64,000 nt of DNA. Origin: Naegleria gruberi. Lineage: Eukaryota. Under the pieces are notes generated by a model. The model made no database searches, was not told where the DNA came from, and worked only from the letters and a program-made list of their open reading frames with translations. The DNA lies in the NCBI GenBank assembly GCA_000004985.1, contig GG738915.1, one strand, 5' to 3'. Every line of letters begins with the position of its first letter. Position 1 is the first letter of the stretch. A program made the position numbers and the translations under genes. Of the stretch, positions 36,205 through 47,345 are shown one piece after another.

Positions 36205-37976
36205 ATGACATCAATGCCTGCTACCGATGGAGGGGAAGAAAACGAATTTCATGCAAAATATACCGTCATTAATGATCAGCTCATTCGTTCCTGTATTCAA
36301 TTAAAACAAATAGAGCATGATGACGGAACGGATCAGGAAAGTAAAACAATGAGGGCTTTGAAACTCAAGAGAGACACAATGGATTTTGCCCTTATCGAAC
36401 ACTTGAGTTTTTCATTTAAGAGTACGTACAGATGATGACTGTTTTTTGAATATCAAATTGAAAATAGACATTTTTAAAATATCAAACTTGGAGGGATTTG
36501 ATAAATTAATCATCTTACAATTGGATAATAACAATATTGTACAAATTGAAAAGATATCCCACTTGGTTTATCTAGAAAAATTGGATTTATCTTTCAATAA
36601 GATAACAAAAATTGAAGGATTGAAGGGATTGAAGAATTTGAAATACCTTTCTCTCTTTAGTAATGATATTGAAAAAATTGAAGGAATGGAAGATTTAATG
36701 GAATTGAAGAGTTTTTCAATTGCCAAAAACAAAATTAAGGAAAAATCAAGTGTAAGTACTTATCAAGTTAAACTTTTTCATAAATGATTTTATTAAAAGA
36801 TTCAATACCTAAGAATGTTCCCAAGACTAGGAATGGTGACTTTGTACGATAATCCAGTGTGTGAAGAAAGAGATTTCAGAAACATGGTTCTAGCCTTTTT
36901 GAGAAATTTAAAATTCTTGGACTATCGTTTAATTGAAGAGGAAGAAGTGCAAACTGCCAAAGAGAGATTCCACAATGAATTGCTGAAAGTTAGTGACAAT
37001 GAAGAACAATATGCACAAAATCAAGAAGAAGATGAAAAGAAACTGTTAGAAGAACAGTTGTTAGCTAAGGCCAACATCGCTGGTATCGATGATTTGTTCG
37101 ATGAAATGTTCGAATGTGAAGCAGACGAAACAATCAAAATATTCAACTATTGTACTGCGGATATCATTGAAAAGTATAGAACTAAATTTACAGACAAGAA
37201 GGATGAATTCAAGATGGAAATGATCAACTCCTCTAGAAACAAGGATAATGAGCTTGAAGAGCTTTATTCAACATTACAAAAAAGTCAATACGAAACAAAC
37301 TCCAGCTCAAAAACTCTCATTAAAGAATTCGAAAAGAAAAAGAAGGAAATTATTAGCAATGTAAAGGAAATGACTGCTGAGAGTGAAGAGGAAGATTTGC
37401 ATCAACTTGATTTGCTTGATAGAGAATTGGACATACTGGCAGAAAAACTCATTGAAGTTGAAGTCAACCAATCTGAAGCTTTCTGGGAAGTTATTGAAGA
37501 ATTCCTACCAAACTACAGAGAAATGGACTGTACAAGTAAGATTCAAAACTTTTTCAAAAAGTTGAAGAAAATTGAAGACAAATATAGTATTGAATTGAAA
37601 GATAGATTGATGGATCAAGTTACAACTATTGCTGAGGATACTAATGAGAAAGTTAAAGATGTAAGTTCCATTATTTTGAAGTTATTAACTCTATTCACAA
37701 TGTTGCCTACAGATTTTGGAGGATAAGGATCAGTTGTTCACTCTTGTTCAACGTTCCAAGGAAGCACACAAAGAGATTATTGGCCAAAAAGAACTCAAAC
37801 TCATCCAAAACGAAAAGGATAGAATGTTATTTACTGTTGAAAAAACAAAGAAGGATGAACATGAACGAAATAGATCTAGAATTTCAGAAATTTGGACCTT
37901 TGTTGAAAGAGTGAAGGAAGAAATTGAAGAAACAAGAAAGTTCATCATTTCGCCAGAAGAATACTACGAAGATTAA
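36205..37976 (+). CDS. SDS22-type LRR plus coiled-coil protein, 4 exons (36205-36421, 36468-36751, 36800-37660, 37713-37976); candidate axonemal DRC3/LRRC48-like protein
   Basis: Four ORF fragments in three frames are joined by three short introns with GTACGT, GTAAGT and GTAAGT donors and AG acceptors, all phase-consistent. Exon 2 encodes LRRs of the form L..L.L..N.I..IE.L. Exon 3 continues with an LRR cap (LGMVTLYDNPV) and then about 300 aa of acidic coiled coil. The architecture matches dynein regulatory complex subunit 3, but this is not proven. Confidence 0.5.
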
Positions 37977-38043
37977 TTCTTCTAGAAGTGTTTACAATAA
38001 ACGGAGCCAATATTATTAAAAATAATTATTCCAGAAATTTATA

Positions 38044-39561
38044 TTAACGAACCCATGTGTAATGCTGAAATAAATCTAATCTATTTTCTGAAATATCTAC
38101 CGTTTTGATTTTACTTTTCTGAAGTAGAATGACTTCTTGATCTGTTATTCCAGTAGACCTTAAATTGAGGAACTCTAATGTGCTGAAAGGTTCTGATAAC
38201 CATTCTATAAAATTAGAGGTGAGGGTATTGTAACTTAGGTCAATAGATTGTATAGAAGGAAGGGCTTCTGATCTTCGTATTGGAACGTTTTCAAAAACAT
38301 AATTACCTCTAATCCGCCCACTTGCCAGTAATGTTTTCAAGCTTGTAAGAGAGCCACAAAATAAACGTTCCAATTTTAGGCTGTTGCTACCAATATCTAA
38401 ATAAGTTAGCGTCGAATTGAAAGCAGAATTCACAATATGTTCACAAGCGGAATGATGCAAACCACAATTATTGAGAATCAGTGTTTCAATATGTTCCAAA
38501 TTTTTACTCTTACATAAATGTTCTACTCCTTTTCCAATTCTATTCTTTTCAAGATTGAGATATTTCAATTTGAAAGATAATATTTTTGATAGTTCCATAC
38601 AGGCCGATTCTTCAATTCCTTGACATCCCAATTCCAAATGTTCAATTGTTTCAGTTGGTGATTCAGCTATATATTTACATCCGTTCACACCAATATAGTT
38701 AGTATTGAGATTGACCTGTTTTAAACTATTCCACTTTTGTGAAAATATGAATTTCACTCCATCATCTCCAATTTTACAAAGACTCAAATCCAAATACGTC
38801 ATTGAAGAAAAATTATCACTATTAAAACTCTTGAAAGCTTCATCCAATCGTTTTTCAAATTTGTGGCACTCTTTAAGAATCAGACTAGTCAAATTTGGAA
38901 AACTTTGAGATTGAAATAATTGTTTCAGCCCAGCAACACCAAGCATATTTTTTCTCAAATCCAGAATCTTCAAATTGTTGAACTTTAGAGTGTCCAATTT
39001 TGAAATTCCCTCCTGTGTTATTCTCTGTGATATTTTAGTATTGTCTGCTGAGAGACAAAGCTCCTTCAAGTCCAGTAACTTTTTGTGTTTAATCAAATAG
39101 TCAACACCCTCATCACCAACTCCATTCAATTCCAAGCCAGACAATCCATCAAATAACGACAGTAAATGCACATGCTCAAAACTCAATTTTGTGAAACTCT
39201 TCATCACCTCAACTCCATAATTAAACCAGTAAGCAAGCACTCCTTGTTTTTTGTGGTGATGAAAATTGGTCAAATCTCTGGGAACCAACGATAGATGCAT
39301 TGCATCAATATCCAAACCAATAATTGCAACTCGGTCCAATCTTTTAAAAACACCACTCACTCCACTCTCCATAAACTGATCAATTCTCTCCCTATTCAAT
39401 GATCCTAAATTAATGGAAATGGAGAGAGGACTCGAGAGAATGGCCTCATTCCATTCCGAACAAACCAATCTGCCACAAGTAAATATCCACTTTGTATCAA
39501 AGTGTTCCATCATGATTGAAGAAACCAGAACATCACCCGAGAGACCACAACTTGGAATCAT
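38044..39561 (-). CDS. F-box-like / RNI-type leucine-rich-repeat protein (paralog-like of 21341..22924)
   Basis: 505-aa ORF. An N-terminal F-box-like segment (SSIMMEHFDTKWIFTCGRLVCSEWNEAI) is followed by about 14 ribonuclease-inhibitor-type LRRs (L..L.L..N.IG..G...L). Confidence 0.65.
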   Translation of the reverse strand: MIPSCGLSGDVLVSSIMMEHFDTKWIFTCGRLVCSEWNEAILSSPLSISINLGSLNRERIDQFMESGVSGVFKRLDRVAIIGLDIDAMHLSLVPRDLTNFHHHKKQGVLAYWFNYGVEVMKSFTKLSFEHVHLLSLFDGLSGLELNGVGDEGVDYLIKHKKLLDLKELCLSADNTKISQRITQEGISKLDTLKFNNLKILDLRKNMLGVAGLKQLFQSQSFPNLTSLILKECHKFEKRLDEAFKSFNSDNFSSMTYLDLSLCKIGDDGVKFIFSQKWNSLKQVNLNTNYIGVNGCKYIAESPTETIEHLELGCQGIEESACMELSKILSFKLKYLNLEKNRIGKGVEHLCKSKNLEHIETLILNNCGLHHSACEHIVNSAFNSTLTYLDIGSNSLKLERLFCGSLTSLKTLLASGRIRGNYVFENVPIRRSEALPSIQSIDLSYNTLTSNFIEWLSEPFSTLEFLNLRSTGITDQEVILLQKSKIKTVDISENRLDLFQHYTWVR

Positions 39562-40264
39562 TTTTTTTAGTGTGCTCTTTTGATTATTGTAAAGTTTCGA
39601 TTGTGTTGTGGGATAAAGAGGGTTGCATGTGTCTATGGGGAGTGAGTGGAATGGAGGGCGATCATTGAAATTAAAACGGAATGAATTGTCAGATTGTTGT
39701 AATGTCTTGAAGTTTAAAAAAATTACTGAACTTTCTTAATTGTATTCGTATGTTTTGGAAGCGCAAGATGTTGTCTTTTTCTCGGCTATCCGTTTATTAT
39801 CTTTATCAATTTTCTATTGTTAATATTGAAATAAGATTAAACTCCATTGTCCTAATAGCATCTAAGCATTACTTGTAAGCACTTAAGTTTAATATTAAGT
39901 CTTATCCACGTTCTTATCTTTTTTCATTCAAACTATTTTTTCGTTATCGAGGAGGAACTAGGCTTTATTTTTAGAACGCTTTCCTTCAAACAACAATTCA
40001 ATTTGTTGTCTTCATCACTCTAAAAAAAAACACAGTGCTTGGTTTTTTATTGCTTTCTTTCGATTGTTTTATTTGTTGTATTAAAGCTTTTCAAACACAT
40101 CAGTTTAAACAATATTAATAGTAGAATAGACGACAACTATTTAGAATCAACAAGTACTGATAACTAGTTATTGTTATAATATTAGGATTAAAATCTGATC
40201 AAGAAATTTAAATAGGATTTTTTGTTGTATATATCATCACCCGATTAATAATACTTAAATCAAA

Positions 40265-41401
40265 ATGAAGGAACAATGTATGATCTGTATAGATAACTCT
40301 GAATGGATGAGAAACGGAGATTATGCACCAACAAGATTAGATGCTCAACTTGAAGCAGCCAATCTTATTTGCGGAAGTAAAACTCAAAGTAATCCAGAAA
40401 CAACAATAGGTGTACTCACAATGGGCGACTCAAATCCATCAGTTAAGGTTGCACCAACAACAGATTTGGGTAAACTTCTTTCCAGTCTTTCATCAGTTAG
40501 TGTGGGAGGAGACACTCACTTTTCTAAAGCACTCCAAATTGCTTATCTCGTTTTAAAGAATAGAGCCCCAGAGCAAGGTACACCAAATAGACGTCTTGTG
40601 ATTTTTGTTGGTAGCCCAATTGAAGAAAATAAGGATGATTTGGTTAAATTGGGTCTTCGTATGAAGAAGAATGGTGTTGCTTGTGATGTGATCAACTTTG
40701 GAGAAGTTCATGAAAATACAGCCAAGTTGGAAGCTTTCATCAGTTCTGTCAACAGAGATGATAATTCGAGAATGGAAACTATTCCACCTGGACCACATAT
40801 TCTTTCCGATATGTTACTTTCATCACCAATTGTTGGAATGGGAGGTGCTGGTGTATCTTCCTCACCAAGTGGTACTGGAGGTGCTGCCACAGGTGGTGAA
40901 GGTGGTGGTGATTTTGAATTTGGTGTTGATCCAAGTCTTGATCCTGAATTGGCTATGGCCATTCGTTTGTCTTTGGAAGAAGAAAAGAGAAGACAAGAAA
41001 GAGAAAAACAATCATCTGGAACCAGCTCAACTGAACAACAACCAGCTGCTGGATCATCTTCTACAACTGAATCCACTAGTGCTCTCCCAACTACTGCCGC
41101 TTCTGAACCAACTGATGATGACGACATAGAAATGGAAGATGATGAAGCTTTAGAAAAGGCTCTCCTTCTCTCAAAGCAAGAAGCTGGTATGGCTGACGAA
41201 GAAGAAGAAGAAATGGACGAAGATGCTGCTTTGGAAGCTGCCCTTAGAATGTCAATGGAAGAATCGAAAAAGAATGACGAAAATATTGATGATATTGTAG
41301 AAGATCAAGAATTCATGCAAGATCTTGTTGGCGGCTTAGGTAAGAATGTTAACTCTGATGAGGTTTTAAAGAAGGATAAGAAAGACGAAGAAAAGAAATA
41401 A
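40265..41401 (+). CDS. PSMD4: 26S proteasome regulatory subunit Rpn10 / PSMD4 (vWA domain plus three UIMs)
   Basis: The N-terminus MKEQCMICIDNSEWMRNGDYAPTRLDAQLEAANLICGSKTQSNPETTIGVLTMG is near-identical in pattern to human PSMD4 ([54 protein letters not shown]). VINFGEV and the PPGPHILSDMLLSSPI motif match. The C-terminal UIMs are LAMAIRLSLEEE, LEKALLLSKQEA and LEAALRMSMEES. Confidence 0.92.
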   Translation: MKEQCMICIDNSEWMRNGDYAPTRLDAQLEAANLICGSKTQSNPETTIGVLTMGDSNPSVKVAPTTDLGKLLSSLSSVSVGGDTHFSKALQIAYLVLKNRAPEQGTPNRRLVIFVGSPIEENKDDLVKLGLRMKKNGVACDVINFGEVHENTAKLEAFISSVNRDDNSRMETIPPGPHILSDMLLSSPIVGMGGAGVSSSPSGTGGAATGGEGGGDFEFGVDPSLDPELAMAIRLSLEEEKRRQEREKQSSGTSSTEQQPAAGSSSTTESTSALPTTAASEPTDDDDIEMEDDEALEKALLLSKQEAGMADEEEEEMDEDAALEAALRMSMEESKKNDENIDDIVEDQEFMQDLVGGLGKNVNSDEVLKKDKKDEEKK

Positions 41402-41494
41402 TTGTATTACCATACCACCTGTAAAATAAATTCTACTGCTCTATCTCACTAATCAAATTTTATGTACAATTAATTTCTAATATTACATGATATT

Positions 41495-42325
41495 TTACAA
41501 TAAATCTAGACCTGCATGTCTTCTACTAGCGAATGGATCAGTTCTGCGACCTAATCCCTTCTTTGCCTTTGCATTAAGTTCATAATGGAAATAGGTCCAC
41601 ATATTAAATAACATGTGTTTGATCTTGTCAGGATTCATGGCAATTTTCAGTAAAATTCTTTGAGTTGCAGCAGGTCCACCATTAGTATAAGATAAATAAT
41701 CACCTCTTCTCAATAAACTATTTACATCATTGGTTTGATATCTGACATCATCTTCAAAATAATCATCATCCTCATCATCCCAATATCCAGCCTCTGAAAA
41801 ACTCGATCCAATAAAAGCTCCATTCATCCAATCCTCTTTACCATTAGAAACTATAGTACTATTATTGTTGGAAGAACTCGAATTGCTAGTTGAAGCACCA
41901 CTTCCAACAATCAAATTTTGATTCGAACTAAATTGCAAAGTATCCTTTGAAGAAACTTGCACTAAACTCAATCTCACATTCCATCTCGCTAATTGCTGAA
42001 ATAAAAAATCTTTCCAGAAATTATTCTGAACCGTTTCACATTCAGACCATTCTCTATATTGCCGACTAATGGACGAAATTTCAATCATTTGTTTTATATA
42101 GTGTTGAACATTTTCAGGGTTGAGTTGAGGAATGCGTGGAATTAAAAAACTAGTTATCAAATAAATTGTATCCGGTGGAAGGTCATTGAGTGTATATTTT
42201 GGAGGATTGTTTTTCGAATAGACTTGCAATCCTGATGATGATGATGATTTGGAAGTGGCTGGTGACAAGGAAGACGACGATGACCGTACTCTCGAGAAGA
42301 AGGAGCTTCGAGATGGTGAGGACAT
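41495..42325 (-). CDS. Hypothetical Ser-rich protein with an F-box-like motif
   Basis: 276-aa ORF. The N-terminus is poly-Ser. LNDLPPDTIYLITSFL resembles an F-box (LxDLPxEIL..IFSYL). No other recognisable domain. Confidence 0.35.
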   Translation of the reverse strand: MSSPSRSSFFSRVRSSSSSLSPATSKSSSSSGLQVYSKNNPPKYTLNDLPPDTIYLITSFLIPRIPQLNPENVQHYIKQMIEISSISRQYREWSECETVQNNFWKDFLFQQLARWNVRLSLVQVSSKDTLQFSSNQNLIVGSGASTSNSSSSNNNSTIVSNGKEDWMNGAFIGSSFSEAGYWDDEDDDYFEDDVRYQTNDVNSLLRRGDYLSYTNGGPAATQRILLKIAMNPDKIKHMLFNMWTYFHYELNAKAKKGLGRRTDPFASRRHAGLDLL

Positions 42326-43087
42326 TTTTTTTCTATGTGTTCTTCTTGATGTGTGGTGACATGGTGCAATACAATTTTCAGAAGTGGATTTCTAGATCAG
42401 ATAAAGGCAAGTTCGCTCATTCAATTTAATGGTGTTATCATTTAAAATATGCTAACGTCTAATCAAGCCTGAATGTTTGATTTTGCAAAAAGTCATGATA
42501 ATGAAAATAAATGTATCAGAGGAGGAATTGTAAATCACCCATTGGAAAATTGTAACATGTTGCTGAAGTGTAATATATGAATAAATTCGATAAACTCAAC
42601 GCAAATAGTGCCTAAATGAGTGACATCCCCATTCAAAACTTCCATTTTTTTGATTACCTTCCATTATGATATGAAAATACTGGTAACCTCAGACATTTAC
42701 AACAACCATTCGAAACTGAACGAATCAAATTAAGACAAGTTTGGCCTCATTCCGTACTATTGGTCTTTTATGGGGATTTTGAAGAAGTCAATAAGCTAAG
42801 GGTGACTTCATTTGTTGAGCGTGAGCATGCAATAATTGTTACTCGAATGTTAAACTGTGAAGCACAAGTGGTGTTGCATCTCTCAAAAAAACAAACCTAA
42901 ATAGCTTCAATTCGCGAAACATCCATTCAGCATAGCTTTACAAGAAACACACAAGTTACTTCAACACATACTTTAGGATAGAGATTATATCGAATTGTAA
43001 ATTTCATAATTAGTAATTCCTGCAATCACAGACCATTAATCTCCAAACACACTGCCAATTACTCTCTCCATCTCCAACACCAAAAGA

Positions 43088-45700
43088 ATGTCATCAACAT
43101 TGCCCTCCAAAACAACAGCAACAACGACGAGCAATGCATCTTCTAAAAACAATAACAACAATAACAACCAAACAAACAAGAGAGTACTGAGTGTTTCAAC
43201 CACCTCAACGACACCAACCATAAACATTGAACAAAACAATAGATCGAAAAAGTTGCCCTCCTTACTAATCTCTCGATCTGAGAGAAGTACAGATGATGAG
43301 GATCAACCTCAGGATAATTTCTACTACTCATCAAATAACAAGAACAATACGAACAATCATCAGAATCATCAGAGAAATAATGATGTCGTTCACCCGTTCA
43401 ATAATAATCACCATTCAAAAAAGAGCAACAATAGGAACGAGAGAGTCTTCACCTCGGTTGTTCCATCGAGTCCTTCATCACCATTAGCCTTGCCGAATAC
43501 GACACAGGGAAAGAAAATGCATGCCTTTGAGAATGATTTCAATAAGAGACAACAACAACAACGAGATGGAAGTGTTTCTGTTAGTGATGATGACTCTTCA
43601 CAAAAATCGCTTATTCCAGTACAGTTACTTGGTTTGCGATCAAAGACAATGACTGCTCTGATTATTACCTTTCTATTGATTATTGCCTTGTGTGTTATTG
43701 GATTGTCCATTTCGTTTGATTCGTCTTTTAGGAGTGTGGAAGAGAGAGAGGCAACCGATTCAATTCTCAAACTATCAAAAGCTCTACAAGATGATTACAC
43801 AATTCTAGCCAATCGATTATATGAATATGCTGCTTGGGATGATGTTTATAATGTATTACAGGAAGAGAGTGCAACAAAAGCACAAGATCTTCTCAAGTCA
43901 TTCTTCGCCTGTGAATACATGGATAGGGTAAATTTGAATTTTGCCATGTATTACTTGCCAAATGGAAGCTTTCTTACTGGACTTGGATGTTATAATCAAG
44001 TTGAGTTATCGGTCTTCCCAACAGAACTCACCAATTTGGATCTATCCTTTTTTTCTCAAGTTTACACACCCACAACAAGGATGAGAACGTACATGATTCC
44101 AACAATGACTGTTGAGGATTTACTGGAACAGAGTGGACAAACCAGACCCTCCACATCATCAAGTACCAATATTTTGATGGTCACTGTACAACCAACTCAA
44201 ACAACTGATAATACAGTTTCTAATGGTTTGGCAATCTTTGCAAGTTATATTACAATGAAACTATTGGAGGAAGAATCAAAGAGAGTTAGATTGTGTGCAA
44301 CTTTTTACAATGTCAATAATACAGAGGATAGAAAATATTTGGAAAAGTACTTTTCTCCTGCAAGTGGACAAACTTTGGATCAATATATTTCCCTACAAGC
44401 ATCTTCAATGGTGAGTCCAAATGATACCTGGACATTTAATGGACCTTTCAAAATGTTGGCAGGCTCAGTGAAAGACACGTCCAAAAGAAAATGTGTTAGT
44501 GATGATGATGGAGGTAAGAGAATTTCCTCATTCAAAATTTTGTCAGATTCCAATGGAGTGGGAAGAGTTGTGATGAGAACAGATCTTCCAAGAGATATCT
44601 ATAATCTTGGTTGGTATTCATTCCTCTATACAATTATTGCATTCCTCGTGTTGATTATTATTTTGACATTTTCAATTTTACTATTTGTGGAATTTGTAGT
44701 CTTGAGGAGAGTAATCAAGATTGGATCATTTGTGAGAAATGTTACCACTGAGAGCGACACTTCAAAGAGAATTCAAAAGATGGGAAGAGACGAGCTTGGA
44801 AATTTGTCTCGTGACATTAACAAAATGTTGGAAGCATTGGAATTTTCACAGGAAAAGCTTGCTCGTGACAATAGCTTAATGGAGAAGATTCTTGAAAGAA
44901 CAGCCCTCGAAGAAGAAAAGAGTCGTTGTCTATTGAATTCAATTACGGATTTTATTGCCACTGTGGAGTGTTCTACTGGTTTGATTGTGAGCATCAACTC
45001 ATCATTTGAAAATAAGGTTTTAAAGAAGAAACAAGTAACCAGCGATGATAATAAGGAAGTATTCGATATTTTCGAATATCTCAAAGAATTTTCTGACAAC
45101 AAACAATTATTGGAAAAATTGGACAAATTGTCACATACAGAGGAGAATTTTGATACAATGGTAACAACAGGTTTAGGTAGCAAGTACCCAGTCTCTATCA
45201 ATGTAAATAAGACCAAGATGACACTCAGAGAGGGACAAGTTGGAGAAGCTTTCATTGTAGTGATGAAAAACCTCTCCGAACAAAAGGATTTCAGAAATCT
45301 AGTTCAACAAGAGAAACTTTCTCAAATCCAACAAATTACCAAATTTGAAAAGATGATGAATGATCAAGATATGAGAAAACGATTCAGAGCTTTTGCAGAA
45401 AAGGAACAAAGCGTTGAAAACTTCCTCTTCTTGGAAGATATTGAAGTTTACAAATCACTGCCAACCACAAAGGAAAGAGCCATTCTCCAAGAAGCAATTA
45501 CAAAGAAATATCTGCAAAATGATAGTGAATTCCCACTCAATGTTTCACAAAAAGTATTAGAAACAGAGTATAAGAAAATTTCAATAGGTTATGGACAACT
45601 TTCTCTCTTTGATAGACTAGAAACCATTGTAAAGGGTATGATTTTAGGTGATACATTCCAAAGATTTATTGATCATGAACAAAATGAGCTCAATAAATAA
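43088..45700 (+). CDS. Receptor-like RGS protein with N/S/T-rich cytoplasmic N-terminus, TM1, ~300-aa extracytoplasmic sensor region, TM2, HAMP, PAS-like domain and a C-terminal RGS domain
   Basis: 870-aa ORF. TM1 (ALIITFLLIIALCVIGLSISF) is at about 43645-43715 and TM2 (YSFLYTIIAFLVLIIILTFSILLFVEFVVL) at about 44618-44706. A HAMP-like linker with the DE-L-G-x-L-x-x-x-I-N-x-M signature (GRDELGNLSRDINKMLEALE) follows immediately after TM2. A PAS-like segment follows (LLNSITDFIATVECSTGLIVSINSSFENKV ... GEAFIVVMKN). The RGS domain is at about 45360-45690 (SVENFLFLEDIEVYK ... GDTFQRFIDH). Confidence 0.6.
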   Translation: MSSTLPSKTTATTTSNASSKNNNNNNNQTNKRVLSVSTTSTTPTINIEQNNRSKKLPSLLISRSERSTDDEDQPQDNFYYSSNNKNNTNNHQNHQRNNDVVHPFNNNHHSKKSNNRNERVFTSVVPSSPSSPLALPNTTQGKKMHAFENDFNKRQQQQRDGSVSVSDDDSSQKSLIPVQLLGLRSKTMTALIITFLLIIALCVIGLSISFDSSFRSVEEREATDSILKLSKALQDDYTILANRLYEYAAWDDVYNVLQEESATKAQDLLKSFFACEYMDRVNLNFAMYYLPNGSFLTGLGCYNQVELSVFPTELTNLDLSFFSQVYTPTTRMRTYMIPTMTVEDLLEQSGQTRPSTSSSTNILMVTVQPTQTTDNTVSNGLAIFASYITMKLLEEESKRVRLCATFYNVNNTEDRKYLEKYFSPASGQTLDQYISLQASSMVSPNDTWTFNGPFKMLAGSVKDTSKRKCVSDDDGGKRISSFKILSDSNGVGRVVMRTDLPRDIYNLGWYSFLYTIIAFLVLIIILTFSILLFVEFVVLRRVIKIGSFVRNVTTESDTSKRIQKMGRDELGNLSRDINKMLEALEFSQEKLARDNSLMEKILERTALEEEKSRCLLNSITDFIATVECSTGLIVSINSSFENKVLKKKQVTSDDNKEVFDIFEYLKEFSDNKQLLEKLDKLSHTEENFDTMVTTGLGSKYPVSINVNKTKMTLREGQVGEAFIVVMKNLSEQKDFRNLVQQEKLSQIQQITKFEKMMNDQDMRKRFRAFAEKEQSVENFLFLEDIEVYKSLPTTKERAILQEAITKKYLQNDSEFPLNVSQKVLETEYKKISIGYGQLSLFDRLETIVKGMILGDTFQRFIDHEQNELNK

Positions 45701-46632
45701 CTGTAGTTTCAAATTCTCAAAAAGACAATTGAAACTTAAAAGGAAAGAAATTGTTTAATTGTCCATGGGATTCTTTTAGTAGCTAGATGTGATATATCAT
45801 GTTGGTTCTTAGAAAGACCTTGCTTGAAAATGACTGCTATTGTCAAATGCATTTTCATTATTTAATAATTTACAACAATTCAACATTTTAAACTATTATT
45901 ATTCCACATTCTTTTCATGTATGCTGCTGAATTTGTTTCTAAGCATGATTTTTGTAAACCGGAGTTCGGTCATTTAATCGTTGGTCATGAAACTCTCAGT
46001 CTCAAACGATGAAATATTAATAACAATCCATTCGGTCTCCAATCTTCTTTTCCAATCTACATGTGACCCTAGAACAGAACATTCTTAGAACAAGCTAGCC
46101 AGCAATTCAATTTTGATTGCTCATCAATCTTTTTGAATAAATATAAAGTGTAAGGATTCAATAATTTCATATTGAGCACCCAATCTTACCTCTAACATTG
46201 ACAAACATCGAATTTTTCAATCATTTTCGTATCAATGAGCCAACCATTCATGTCTCTTTGATGTCTTTGGTTTTTTTGAGGCTTTCACCGAAAATGAACG
46301 AGACTCATCTCCTTCCTTTGTGTGACTCGAATTAAAATTTTCCCTCCAAAAAAAAAATCAAGAGACTGTGTTGTGCTACTAATCCGCTAGTCGACGACGT
46401 TTATTTGCACGAACAACAATAACAACTGCACGCTCTCTCTAATTTCTCTAGTAGTAGTGTAGTTTTTCATAGTAGTAAAAAAGACGATTATTTTTAATCA
46501 AAAATCCCATCAACAATAACAACTTCATCATCTTTAGAGTTGTTTTACTTCCATCACAGAGAAAAATTTTGTTATTTTATCTTGTCTACACCGCCCTTTT
46601 AAACACCCTTTAACAATATACAATAATATAAA

Positions 46633-47077
46633 ATGTCAAACCCAGAAGACCAACCAATTAATGAAGTCGATGCTGACGAAGAAGTCGAAATGACTGAGGA
46701 AGAAAAGAGAGAAATGGAAAAGAATCAAGAAGCCAAGCTGAAACAAATGCGCGGTGCTGAAGAATTGAAGGTTAGTTTACAAGCTCTTACTAGTATAATA
46801 ATAATATTATAATTAATTATAATAATGATTTTAATTGGCTGCAATTACGATTGGAATTTATACAAAATAATTATCTAAATTATTATAATAATAACAATAG
46901 AATACTAAACATTCATATCTTATTAAGAAGGATCGTAAGAAGTTTGACTCTGCTGACTATGTCATGAAGAAGAATAATGCTGAAAACAAGGGTGAAACAG
47001 TTCCAAATACCATCAAGAAGGGTGAAATCGCTCAAAGAAGATTCGGAAGCCACGTGACTGGAGATAAGAAAGAATAA
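46633..47077 (+). CDS. Endosulfine / ARPP-19 family protein (Greatwall-kinase substrate, PP2A-B55 inhibitor), 2 exons: 46633-46770 and 46928-47077
   Basis: Exon 1 reads MSNPEDQPINEVDADEEVEMTEEEKREMEKNQEAKLKQMRGAEELK and ends at a GTTAGT donor. After a 157-nt AT-rich intron, exon 2 encodes KDRKKFDSADYVMKKNNAE... The KxFDSADY motif corresponds to the conserved endosulfine FDSGDY core. An alternative in-frame acceptor lies at 46900. Confidence 0.7.
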
Positions 47078-47345
47078 TTCACAAATTCCCACCTTTTTAA
47101 TACCACAAAACCTTAGCTTTCCCATGTATACTTTACACTTCCATCTTTCCCACTATTCAAATACATCTTGGATAGACTTTTCGTTCAACACCAATCCCGT
47201 TGTCTCCTTTTTCAATAATAATAAATTTTGAAATTTGTTAGATTTAACACACTTAATGGTACTTGAATCTTGCACCATACACACGAATCCTTCCAGATTT
47301 GGTTATGCACTAAAATTGTGTGTCAATGGACATTGAGCCAGCTCT

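Noticed and set aside
40698-41129. 143-aa (+) and 139-aa (-) ORFs inside PSMD4
   Set aside because: They are alternative-frame readings of the low-complexity linker between the vWA domain and the UIMs of a very well-conserved Rpn10 gene.
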